Of a stretch of DNA of 64,000 nt, positions 48,860-57,687 are shown in pieces. Every line of letters starts with the position of its first letter. The stretch's first letter is position 1. Under the pieces are notes generated by a model that searched no databases, was not told the origin of the DNA, and saw nothing but the letters and a program-made list of their open reading frames with translations. Source of the stretch: Gammaproteobacteria bacterium (GTDB taxonomy: Bacteria; Pseudomonadota; Gammaproteobacteria; UBA4575); NCBI GenBank assembly GCA_965243395.1, contig CBDEUS010000002.1, positions 96,001-160,000 on the forward strand, written 5' to 3'. The translations under genes were made by a program, and so were the position numbers.

Positions 48860-48887
48860 AGTCTAATGATATGGATTTTAAAGTCAA
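48860..48887 (-). promoter_or_regulatory. sigma70-like promoter with GC-rich discriminator
   Basis: TTGACT-N16-TAGACT-TTCGCGCACT-ATG. Confidence 0.72.
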
Positions 48888-48937
48888 GTAATATTTTACT
48901 AAGTAAAGTGTGAATTTACGCCCAATTATCGGCCAAA

Positions 48938-49591
48938 TTAATCCTCAAGGGCTGACAAAAAAGAAATCATTGCTTTACGTTGTTTTTCATTTAAAGAGAG
49001 TGATGCAGAAATTATTTCTTGAATGTCCGTTAATTGTTTTTGAAATTCTTTATTGTTCAATTCTTTAGGTGCTTCATCCAACCAACCTACTGGTTTTTTT
49101 GCTGCAACTTCAATTCCTCTTGCAAACTCATCACTCATGCTTGGAATAAATGGTGTTTTGTAATGTTGTTGAAATAATTCCCATGATACTCCTGCTGATT
49201 CACATTCTTTTTTAGAACAAACCTTATTACCAGACTTTCCACATAGGGTCTTAAAGTTTGTAAATCTAACGATTTGAAGAAATGGGTCTAAGTTTTTTAC
49301 AGGAGCAGTGCCAAATAATAACCAATTGGTGGAATATCCAGTAACTTTGCTAATACCTTCAATGATTTTTAAATTTGGGTTTTGTGGAGCCGACGTTTCG
49401 TAAAGAGAAAGAAGTTGTTTTGACACCTTTAGTCTTCTTTTTTTCAATAATTGCATCATCTCACTTGGATCAATGCCATTAACTACACGTGCAAAACGCA
49501 CCCTTGATGAAACTGTAGCTAATTCATTTTTTCGTTTTGAACTACTAGTTGATTTTTTGGAGACACGACGTTTAGATTTATTTTTTACCAT
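48938..49591 (-). CDS. XRE/Cro-like HTH protein
   Basis: VSKQLLSLYE...ISKVTGYSTNWLLFG; second HTH-like ARGIEVAAKKPVGWLD. Confidence 0.7.
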   Translation of the reverse strand: MVKNKSKRRVSKKSTSSSKRKNELATVSSRVRFARVVNGIDPSEMMQLLKKRRLKVSKQLLSLYETSAPQNPNLKIIEGISKVTGYSTNWLLFGTAPVKNLDPFLQIVRFTNFKTLCGKSGNKVCSKKECESAGVSWELFQQHYKTPFIPSMSDEFARGIEVAAKKPVGWLDEAPKELNNKEFQKQLTDIQEIISASLSLNEKQRKAMISFLSALED

Positions 49592-49642
49592 TCGTTTTTC
49601 ACTTCATGTTTTCAAGCAATAATTTTAAATTCTTATTATTTT

Positions 49643-51358
49643 CTATGGTATGACGGGTACTCGCATATGCGTAGGCGTTTCTCCTCCGAAACAAATTTTT
49701 TGCATAGCACTTATTGCCTCAGTCTCATAAGGAATGGAATCTCCAGTGTTTGGGTTTCGATCAAATCTTGGGAAACTGCTGCTTGTGATATGGACCCTAA
49801 TTTGATGTCCCTTTTTGAAAACATAACTTGTAGGCCACAGTTCAATCTCAATCTTTTTCGCATTTTTACAGCTTTGTCCTTCTAATTGATACTCCGCTCT
49901 TTTTATGCCATCAGTAACGTTATAGGAACTTCCATCTTCAAATACATCCGTAATTCTAACTACAAAATCTGTATTACTTACATTTGTTTGCACATAAAGA
50001 AATGCAGATACAGGACCAGTTATTTCAGTATCTTCATTCAGCACTTCGCTTGTATAAACAAGTACATCTTTTCTCGATTCGATTTCATTTTGCAGTGCGA
50101 TCCCAGCCCGTGGACCTAAAACTACTCCACCATTTGATGGAACTGGAATATTTGGATCATAGACATAATGATCAAACCCAAATTTTTCAGGATTAGCCCA
50201 AGTTAATTTTCCCGAATGTGCTGAAGTACCCGCAGTTCCATCACTGGAAATGTATAAATTCTTAAATTGAGTCCTCGCTAATGGCCATTCGTTTTCATAT
50301 CTCCATTCATTCTTACCAAGTACAAATAATTTAATTTTTCCCAAGCCATTTTTCTCATTGTTTTGTTCTAATAATTTTTTGTCAAACCAATTTAAGGCTT
50401 CTTTGATACTTGTCTCTCTATATGTTGGTACTTTATTTAAACTAGGTATTTTTACTTCTCTTGCATGTGACCACGGACCGACTATTATTTCTCCCTGTTT
50501 TAATTGCACGAAATCATTAATTTGAGAGGGTAAAAATGGGTCAAACCAGCCAGCAAGCATTTGCACGGGGGCACTTATTGTTTTTGCTCTATCGACACCA
50601 TCAATATTAATCCAGTAGTTATTTTTAGTATTGTTTAGTACCCAGTCGTTAAAAAACTGTATGTCTTTATCAGCGCGCTCGTCTGCTTCAATTAATGGGA
50701 ACCCATCAAATCCTTTTTCCATATCCTTAATTTTAGGTTCGATGTCTTTTTTGCCACCACTTTGAAGTGACCATCTAAGTGCGCTCTCAAGAGAGAAAGC
50801 ACCGCCTGGGTAAAACATGTCATAGAAGCTAGTACTAACAATATGCAAGTGGTAAGCACTGATACTTGGATTAATTTGATCAGAGATGGCTAGCTGTGTG
50901 TATCCAAAAGCAGAACCACCCCACATGCCAAGTTGTCCATTGAACCATGGTTGCTCGTTCAACCATTGCAATGTTTCGATTCCATCACTTCTTTCATTTA
51001 TTAATGGATAGTAATCACCTTGAGATTTATAACGCCCACGTGTTCCTTGAATAACAACATTGTATCCACGAGATGCCCAGTATCTTGCGACTGATTCTGA
51101 TTTCAAACGATTCGAGAATGTATTTGTAAAAGGTATTCTTACTAAAATCGTAGGTACCGGTTTATTAACAATTGGCCTATAGACATCAGAGACAAGAGTT
51201 ATATTGTCTGATGTAATTAAACTTTTATCTTCATGTTTTACTACTTTATATTCTCTTGATCGAACTCCTTCATTCGGAAGAAATAATTCTTGTGTAATGG
51301 TTTGACAACCATATAACAGAAAAAATAACAAAAAAGAAAGATATCTAAAAAGTTTCAT
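49643..51358 (-). CDS. CocE/NonD-family serine hydrolase, lipoprotein
   Basis: Lipobox LYGC, QGTRGRYKSQG, GMWGGSAFG, FPRFDRNPNTG. Confidence 0.9.
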   Translation of the reverse strand: MKLFRYLSFLLFFLLYGCQTITQELFLPNEGVRSREYKVVKHEDKSLITSDNITLVSDVYRPIVNKPVPTILVRIPFTNTFSNRLKSESVARYWASRGYNVVIQGTRGRYKSQGDYYPLINERSDGIETLQWLNEQPWFNGQLGMWGGSAFGYTQLAISDQINPSISAYHLHIVSTSFYDMFYPGGAFSLESALRWSLQSGGKKDIEPKIKDMEKGFDGFPLIEADERADKDIQFFNDWVLNNTKNNYWINIDGVDRAKTISAPVQMLAGWFDPFLPSQINDFVQLKQGEIIVGPWSHAREVKIPSLNKVPTYRETSIKEALNWFDKKLLEQNNEKNGLGKIKLFVLGKNEWRYENEWPLARTQFKNLYISSDGTAGTSAHSGKLTWANPEKFGFDHYVYDPNIPVPSNGGVVLGPRAGIALQNEIESRKDVLVYTSEVLNEDTEITGPVSAFLYVQTNVSNTDFVVRITDVFEDGSSYNVTDGIKRAEYQLEGQSCKNAKKIEIELWPTSYVFKKGHQIRVHITSSSFPRFDRNPNTGDSIPYETEAISAMQKICFGGETPTHMRVPVIP

Positions 51359-52101
51359 CTTGGTTTTTTTCGCTTCACACCTAGCAATTTAGCAAACCCC
51401 CATTTTCTGAAACCGAGCATCATTGCAACACCATTACGCTTATTAGCAGGTATTTTCAAATCTTCGCTAATTAACTGGTCAAAGTATCTTGCAACTTCAT
51501 CAAGCTTCTCATGCATTTTATGGATTGCCCCGTCGGTAAGCATTCCGCCAACGAAATGGAGTTTTTCATCTTGATGCAAAAATTTAGTTTTTAGAAACTC
51601 TGTTAACACTTCTTGATTGAAAAACTTTTGTACAGGCCCATTGTCAGACCATTTAAAATTTCGAGCCGTTAATACTCGAATTCGATTGAATGGTTGTAGC
51701 TCTATAAGTCCAATTTTTTCTAATTTTATAAAATGCTTGTTAAGCTCGGCTTCAGATATATCAAACGTATCTTTTATTTCATATTCTTTCCAATGATTGA
51801 GAACAAGGTAAGTGACGAGTAGTAAACGATGATTATTCACAAACTCTTTTTCTTGCTCTAGCGTAAGTTGTGTCACCAAAGGTTGTTGTTGCTCAGAATC
51901 TAAAACAATTTCTTTGATATCGATTCCAAGCCAACTGCACAAAGTTTCAAGTCGATTTAAAGATAGTCCTCCCGTGGAAAAGAGTCTTCTGATACTGGGC
52001 TCACTGAGCTGTAATACTTTTGCTGCATCGCTGTATGTTTTCCCCTGCTCCCTTATCCGTTTCTTTAGAGCAACATGAATTGATTTGCTTTGAATTGCCA
52101 T
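51355..52101 (-). CDS. XRE-family transcriptional regulator
   Basis: TYSDAAKVLQLSEPSIRRLFS HTH; divergent from the desaturase cluster. Confidence 0.85.
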   Translation of the reverse strand: MAIQSKSIHVALKKRIREQGKTYSDAAKVLQLSEPSIRRLFSTGGLSLNRLETLCSWLGIDIKEIVLDSEQQQPLVTQLTLEQEKEFVNNHRLLLVTYLVLNHWKEYEIKDTFDISEAELNKHFIKLEKIGLIELQPFNRIRVLTARNFKWSDNGPVQKFFNQEVLTEFLKTKFLHQDEKLHFVGGMLTDGAIHKMHEKLDEVARYFDQLISEDLKIPANKRNGVAMMLGFRKWGFAKLLGVKRKKPR

Positions 52102-52211
52102 AATGTATTATATATTGATACATATTGACTATATTTTGCAATTATTTAGATAAATATTGCAAATATTGAGACAAAACGGAAATATACTCTCAAATACAAG
52201 GGAGTATCAGC

Positions 52212-52943
52212 GTGAGTCCATTTGTCATAATTGTCGCTATAGGGATCAGCATGATCATAATTGAAAGATTGTGGCCAAACGCTGTGTTACCCAATACTCC
52301 ACGTTGGTGGGCAAGAGCTTTTACATTTAATTTTGCCCAAGCGTTAATCAGTTTTATTGCGGCGGTTACTTGGGACAAGTGGTTTCCATACTTCAATTTA
52401 TTTGATATCGACACACTTCCTAACGCTGTTCAAATATTTATTGGCTACATCACAATTACATTTATCTATTATTGGTGGCATCGTGCACGACATGAAATTC
52501 CTTTGCTGTGGAATGTGTTTCACCAAATTCATCATAGTCCAGCAAGACTAGAGGTAATCACAAGCTTTTATAAACATCCGCTAGAAATATTCGTAAACGG
52601 AGTACTATCAAGTTGGTTGTTACATAGCTTATTAGGTGTAACACCCACCGTTGCTGCCTCTGTTGTGATGATCACCGGTCTTGCTGAATTCTTTTATCAC
52701 TGGAATATACGCACACCTTACTGGTTAGGATACTTGTTTCAGCGCCCAGAAAGTCATCGCGTGCATCATCAGCATGGGCTTCATCATTTTAATTATTCGG
52801 ATTTACCGGTTTGGGACATGTTATTTGGAACATTCAATAATCCTAAATCAACACCCATGCAAACAGGATTTGAAATTAAAGATGAATTACAGCTTAAAAC
52901 CATGTTGCTTGGAAAGCCTGTTGTTAATAGGAAAACATCATGA
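52212..52943 (+). CDS. Sterol desaturase/fatty-acid hydroxylase family
   Basis: YWWHRARH, HQIHHS, HRVHH, NYS. Confidence 0.9.
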   Translation: MSPFVIIVAIGISMIIIERLWPNAVLPNTPRWWARAFTFNFAQALISFIAAVTWDKWFPYFNLFDIDTLPNAVQIFIGYITITFIYYWWHRARHEIPLLWNVFHQIHHSPARLEVITSFYKHPLEIFVNGVLSSWLLHSLLGVTPTVAASVVMITGLAEFFYHWNIRTPYWLGYLFQRPESHRVHHQHGLHHFNYSDLPVWDMLFGTFNNPKSTPMQTGFEIKDELQLKTMLLGKPVVNRKTS

Positions 52944-53437
52944 AGCATAAAATAATTTTTTTATTCTTAATATTCATAGGCAGTGTACGCGCAGTTGCAG
53001 ATATTGGTGGATATTCAAACGTATCTTCGTTTTTCTCATTATTTAATGCATCACCCGCTATGAAAGTTTTCACGGCACACAAAAATTATGAGACATTTTC
53101 ACCAATTTTTATGCTTGATTTTCATGGAAACAATGGTGCTTCCACATCTGTTGAATTAACACCTGAACTCTATAGAAAATTAGAAGGCCCTTACAATCGA
53201 AGAAACATATTTGGCGCTGCTATTTCCTATGGTCCTGTTCTCGTAAGCAATCAAAATACAGCAGATTTATTTTACAGTGTTGCTAGGTATAGTTTTTGTA
53301 ATCCAGGTAAGCTGATTAAAGAATTAGAAATTGATGTGCCGGATGATGTAAACAAAGTGACGGTTCGTTATCTTCATCAAGAAAATGTAAATACTGATTA
53401 TCCTGTTCAATTGGAGGTGGACTGTGAAAAATTCTAA
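52940..53437 (+). CDS. Hypothetical protein (likely HTTM partner)
   Basis: GPYNRRNIFGAAISYGP; translationally coupled. Confidence 0.7.
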   Translation: MKHKIIFLFLIFIGSVRAVADIGGYSNVSSFFSLFNASPAMKVFTAHKNYETFSPIFMLDFHGNNGASTSVELTPELYRKLEGPYNRRNIFGAAISYGPVLVSNQNTADLFYSVARYSFCNPGKLIKELEIDVPDDVNKVTVRYLHQENVNTDYPVQLEVDCEKF

Positions 53438-54662
53438 CTGGACTGCTGGTATGTTCGCAATCTTCAGAATTTTACTAGGATCGTATTTAGTAGTGCACTT
53501 TCTACATCTTGTACCATGGGGCGCAGAAGTTTTTGGTAACAATGGAACGCTACATAGTTCTTCAGTCAGTCCACTCATGGGTATCATACCGAACCCACTA
53601 AACACATTAGGTGATAGTTATTTTATAAGTGTATTACTTGTGATCGGTGCAATAAGTGGAATACTACTTGTATTAGGCAAGTGGGACCGCATAGGTGCTG
53701 CTATTTCATTGGTTGTATTAGCATGGCTCTATCAACGAAATCCTCTGATTGCGAATCCTTCGTTACCATTACTTGGTTGGATGTTGCTTGCTTATTGCTT
53801 TATACCTTTAGGAGGAATAGGCCGGGCATTTATAAATAACCGAGATACGACAAATTTTAACTGGCGATTACCAGGATCTGTATGGTGGGCAGCATGGATC
53901 GTATTAGGTGTAGCTTATACATATAGTGGCTATACAAAGTTATTAAGTCCATCATGGGTGGACGGCTCTGCAATAAGTATTGTTCTAGAAAATCCTCTAG
54001 CAAGAGACTATTTTTTAAATAGTTTCCTTTTATCTATAGATCCATGGTTTTTAAAAGGCCTTACGTGGGCAATTACATGGATTGAATTATTATTTCTACC
54101 ACTAATTGCATTTAAGTCAACGCGATTTATTGTGTGGGCGTTGATGTTGATTGTGCAGTTTGGCTTTCTTTTCTTGCTTAACTTTGCAGATTTAACGTTT
54201 CCAATGTTGCTTATCCATTTATTGCTATTCGACCCTCAATGGATCAAACCAAAGCCAAATAAAAAAGAAACGATTTTCTATGATGGAAATTGTGCATTGT
54301 GTCATTCTGTTATACGCCTTGCATTATCTGAAATGCCAAGAGGACGATACACATTTTCACCACTTCAAGGTAAATTGTTTGAAAATGCAATTCCAGAAAG
54401 TGCACGTTCACAATTACCCGATTCCTTTCTCGTTCTTACAAGTGACAATAAAGTGAAAGTCGAAGGTGATGCAGTTTTGCATGTGCTTCGTAGCTTTGGA
54501 GGACTGTGGTACTTATTAGGAACAGCTTTGAGTATTTTACCCAAAGTGATAATAAATTTCGGATATCGGGTTGTAGCAATAGTAAGATACCGATTATTTG
54601 GAACAAAAAGTAATTTGTGCCCGATAGTACCAACTGAATTCCAAAAATTATTCGTTAGTTAA
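53424..54662 (+). CDS. HTTM-like membrane domain fused to DCC1 thiol-disulfide oxidoreductase
   Basis: YTYSGYTKL..SWVDG; C-terminal FYDGNCALC. Confidence 0.82.
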   Translation: MKNSNWTAGMFAIFRILLGSYLVVHFLHLVPWGAEVFGNNGTLHSSSVSPLMGIIPNPLNTLGDSYFISVLLVIGAISGILLVLGKWDRIGAAISLVVLAWLYQRNPLIANPSLPLLGWMLLAYCFIPLGGIGRAFINNRDTTNFNWRLPGSVWWAAWIVLGVAYTYSGYTKLLSPSWVDGSAISIVLENPLARDYFLNSFLLSIDPWFLKGLTWAITWIELLFLPLIAFKSTRFIVWALMLIVQFGFLFLLNFADLTFPMLLIHLLLFDPQWIKPKPNKKETIFYDGNCALCHSVIRLALSEMPRGRYTFSPLQGKLFENAIPESARSQLPDSFLVLTSDNKVKVEGDAVLHVLRSFGGLWYLLGTALSILPKVIINFGYRVVAIVRYRLFGTKSNLCPIVPTEFQKLFVS

Positions 54663-54666
54663 AACT

Positions 54667-55101
54667 ATGAGCAAGAGTAGTAAATATGCAATTGTTCTTT
54701 GGGTATTGCTTGGACTTTTCTGTTTTCGAGTACTTGCACAACTATTTCAATTTATTTTTGATAGCCCATTTTTGCCACCGTTTGATGCTTGGTACAGCGG
54801 AGCGTTGGCCTATCCTTATTTGCTGATTTCTCAGGTGCTGATTATCAGTATTTATTCATTTATCTGCATTCAATTTACCAAAGGTGTCTTTACGCCATCT
54901 AATCGGGTAGGAGTATTTTTCTTAGCAATTGGGGGCGTTTATGTGTGCTTTATGCTAGGAAGATTGCTTATTGGTCAGCTATTTACTTCTTCTGCTTGGT
55001 TTCACGCTTACATTCCCATTTTCTTTCATTTTATTCTTGCGCTATTCCTAATTGTAGTTGGAATATTTCATATCAGAAATAAGAATATAGATGACTACTG
55101 A
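54667..55101 (+). CDS. Hypothetical 4-TM membrane protein
   Basis: Hydrophobic ORF within operon. Confidence 0.7.
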   Translation: MSKSSKYAIVLWVLLGLFCFRVLAQLFQFIFDSPFLPPFDAWYSGALAYPYLLISQVLIISIYSFICIQFTKGVFTPSNRVGVFFLAIGGVYVCFMLGRLLIGQLFTSSAWFHAYIPIFFHFILALFLIVVGIFHIRNKNIDDY

Positions 55102-57679
55102 AGCAGTAAATAGATGGTTACCATGGGTTGCATACCCGCTTGGTATTGGAATAGGGATCTATCTGCATTTAACTATGCTGTCTTGGGGTATTGATATTCA
55201 AATTAGTACTTATGTACCAGTATTCCTTGCAGCTGGAATAATTACATTGCTTGAGATTTATTTTCCATATTTACAACAATGGAAACCCAATACTCAAGAT
55301 ATAAAAAATGATGCAATGTACATGCTTGTGGTACAAACGATCTTGCCAAAAGTATTGGCATTTCTTACTGCATTAGTACTGTTACGTTATTCAAACGAAA
55401 GTGGATTATTTAATTTAAACCTTTGGCCTCATCACTTACCGGTTTGGCTTCAGGCAGTGCTAATGATTTTAGTGGCTGATTTTCTCCGTTACTGGCTTCA
55501 TGTTGCTTCTCATAAAAATCGTTTCTTATGGAGATTTCATGCAGTTCATCATTCTCCTAAAAAATTGTATTGGATAAACACCGGAAGATTTCATCCCATT
55601 GAAGAAGTTGCTCAGTTTTTACTCGATGCTTTACCTTTCATTCTATTGGGTGTCAGTGAATATGTTTTGGCATTTTATTTCGTTTTCTATGCTATCAATG
55701 GTTTTTTTCAGCACTCCAATATAAGACTTAAGTTTGGTGTATTGAATTACGTAATTAGCACAGCAGAACTACATCGTTGGCATCATTCACGTCTTGAGAA
55801 TGAATCTAATTCTAACTATGGAAATAACACAATTATCTGGGATCTAGTCTTTTGTACAAGATACCTGCCTAGTGATAGAAGCATTGAAAAAATAGGGCTC
55901 ATTAATTCTAAATATCCCATAACGTTTTTAGATCAACTTAAAACACCATTTGTTGGAGGACTGGATAAAAAGTATTTGCCATTGCCTAGCATTAAACAGC
56001 TAATTGTGAACGGTTTAATTAAGCTTCAAATGAACATTACCAAACATACTATTTGGAAACCTATGCTAAAAGCTGCCATAGACCCTATGCATACGCAATT
56101 TAGTTTCCTAAAAAAACTCATTGAAGAAAATGCTGATACTGAATTCGGCAAAGAACATCATTTTAAAAAAATTAACTCTTATGAAGATTACTGCAGGCTT
56201 GTTCCTATTCAGTCATACGAAAGCTTAAGTCCATATTTTACAAAACAAGATAAGTTAAAAGAATTTTCGATAAACAGCCAACAACCGTTTATGTATGCCG
56301 TTACAAGCGGTACTACGGGTGCATCTAAACTTATACCGATTCTTGATAAGACAGTTAAACAAAATAAAAAACACCAGAAGCTTTTTACCTATATTCAATA
56401 CAGAGACAATCCGGGAACATTCAGCGGTAAAATGCTTGGAATTGTAAGCCCTGCGATTGAAGGATATACAGAGCCAGGTACGCCATTTGGCTCAGTATCT
56501 GGTGTTCTATATAAAAACATGCCTTCGATCATGAAATCGAAATATGTGCTTCCATTTGAAATTTTTTCAATTGAAAACTATGACCTTAAATATCAGCTAA
56601 TTCTTAGGATTGCTCTATCACACAAAGATATCACCTACTTTGTTACAGCAAATCCATCAACTTTACTATTACTCAACAAAATACTAAACGAGGATATTTC
56701 TGTATTAGCAAATGAAATTGAGCAAGGAGATTTTAGAGAATACGAAACTTTACCAAAGAGCATCCAAACATTTATTACAAAGAATTTGAAGCCAAATCCT
56801 GATCGGGCAAATGAACTACGTCAGCTGATATTGAATAAAAAAGAAATTACTTTTGCGGATGTGTGGCCACAATTACAAACTGTTGTTACTTGGACGGGTG
56901 GTAGTTGTGGTATCGCAATAGATGCGGTTAAGCAAAAACTTCCAGCCATTACAAAAGTAATCGAGCTAGGTTATATGGCTACTGAAGTCAGAGGGACTAT
57001 AACAATTGATGCAGAAAAAAATCTTGGTTTACCTACAATTCAAGATAATTTCTTTGAATTTGTTGAAAGAGATGATTGGGAGAATGAAAAACATAACTTC
57101 ATAACAATTGATCAACTATCTAAAAACAAAGAATACTATATTTTCATAACAACAAACTCTGGTCTTTATCGATATTTCATCAACGACATAGTAAGAGTAA
57201 ATGGAAAAATTGAAAATACACCTACTATTCAATTCATACAAAAAGGAAAAGGTGTAACTAGTATTACTGGCGAAAAATTATATGAATGTCAGGTTATTGA
57301 ATCGATGAAACTAACGGAAAAAGAATTTAATTTCTCAAACATTTTTTACATGATGCTTGCTGATAATGTACATTCAAACTACGAATTATTCATTGAGACA
57401 CCTGAGAATTATGACCCTCCTTTGGAAGCAATAAGAGACTATATTGAGACTTGTCTATGCAAATTAAATATTGAATACCAAAGTAAGCTTGCAAGCGGGA
57501 GATTAAAACCACTTTCTTTGCATCATATAAAAAGTGGGACAAGAGAAAGTTTTAAGAAATTTTATATTGAAAAAGGTCAAAAAGAGAGTCAATTTAAAAT
57601 CGTGGCACTTCAATATAAGGATGAACTAGAGTTTGATTTTGAGAATTATATTATAGAATTATTTGAAAAGGCGAGTTAA
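55091..57679 (+). CDS. Sterol-desaturase domain fused to GH3 acyl-acid-amido synthetase-like domain
   Basis: N-terminal His boxes (YWLH, HAVHHS, HRWHHS); C-terminal TEFGKEH, TSGTTG, YMATE, GLYRY..NDIV, ITGEK. Confidence 0.85.
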   Translation: MTTEAVNRWLPWVAYPLGIGIGIYLHLTMLSWGIDIQISTYVPVFLAAGIITLLEIYFPYLQQWKPNTQDIKNDAMYMLVVQTILPKVLAFLTALVLLRYSNESGLFNLNLWPHHLPVWLQAVLMILVADFLRYWLHVASHKNRFLWRFHAVHHSPKKLYWINTGRFHPIEEVAQFLLDALPFILLGVSEYVLAFYFVFYAINGFFQHSNIRLKFGVLNYVISTAELHRWHHSRLENESNSNYGNNTIIWDLVFCTRYLPSDRSIEKIGLINSKYPITFLDQLKTPFVGGLDKKYLPLPSIKQLIVNGLIKLQMNITKHTIWKPMLKAAIDPMHTQFSFLKKLIEENADTEFGKEHHFKKINSYEDYCRLVPIQSYESLSPYFTKQDKLKEFSINSQQPFMYAVTSGTTGASKLIPILDKTVKQNKKHQKLFTYIQYRDNPGTFSGKMLGIVSPAIEGYTEPGTPFGSVSGVLYKNMPSIMKSKYVLPFEIFSIENYDLKYQLILRIALSHKDITYFVTANPSTLLLLNKILNEDISVLANEIEQGDFREYETLPKSIQTFITKNLKPNPDRANELRQLILNKKEITFADVWPQLQTVVTWTGGSCGIAIDAVKQKLPAITKVIELGYMATEVRGTITIDAEKNLGLPTIQDNFFEFVERDDWENEKHNFITIDQLSKNKEYYIFITTNSGLYRYFINDIVRVNGKIENTPTIQFIQKGKGVTSITGEKLYECQVIESMKLTEKEFNFSNIFYMMLADNVHSNYELFIETPENYDPPLEAIRDYIETCLCKLNIEYQSKLASGRLKPLSLHHIKSGTRESFKKFYIEKGQKESQFKIVALQYKDELEFDFENYIIELFEKAS

Positions 57680-57687
57680 CCGCAGTC

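Noticed and set aside
48716-48913. Plus-strand 65-aa ORF
   Set aside because: Antisense to the promoter and leader peptide; the minus-strand uORF fits the promoter and terminator.
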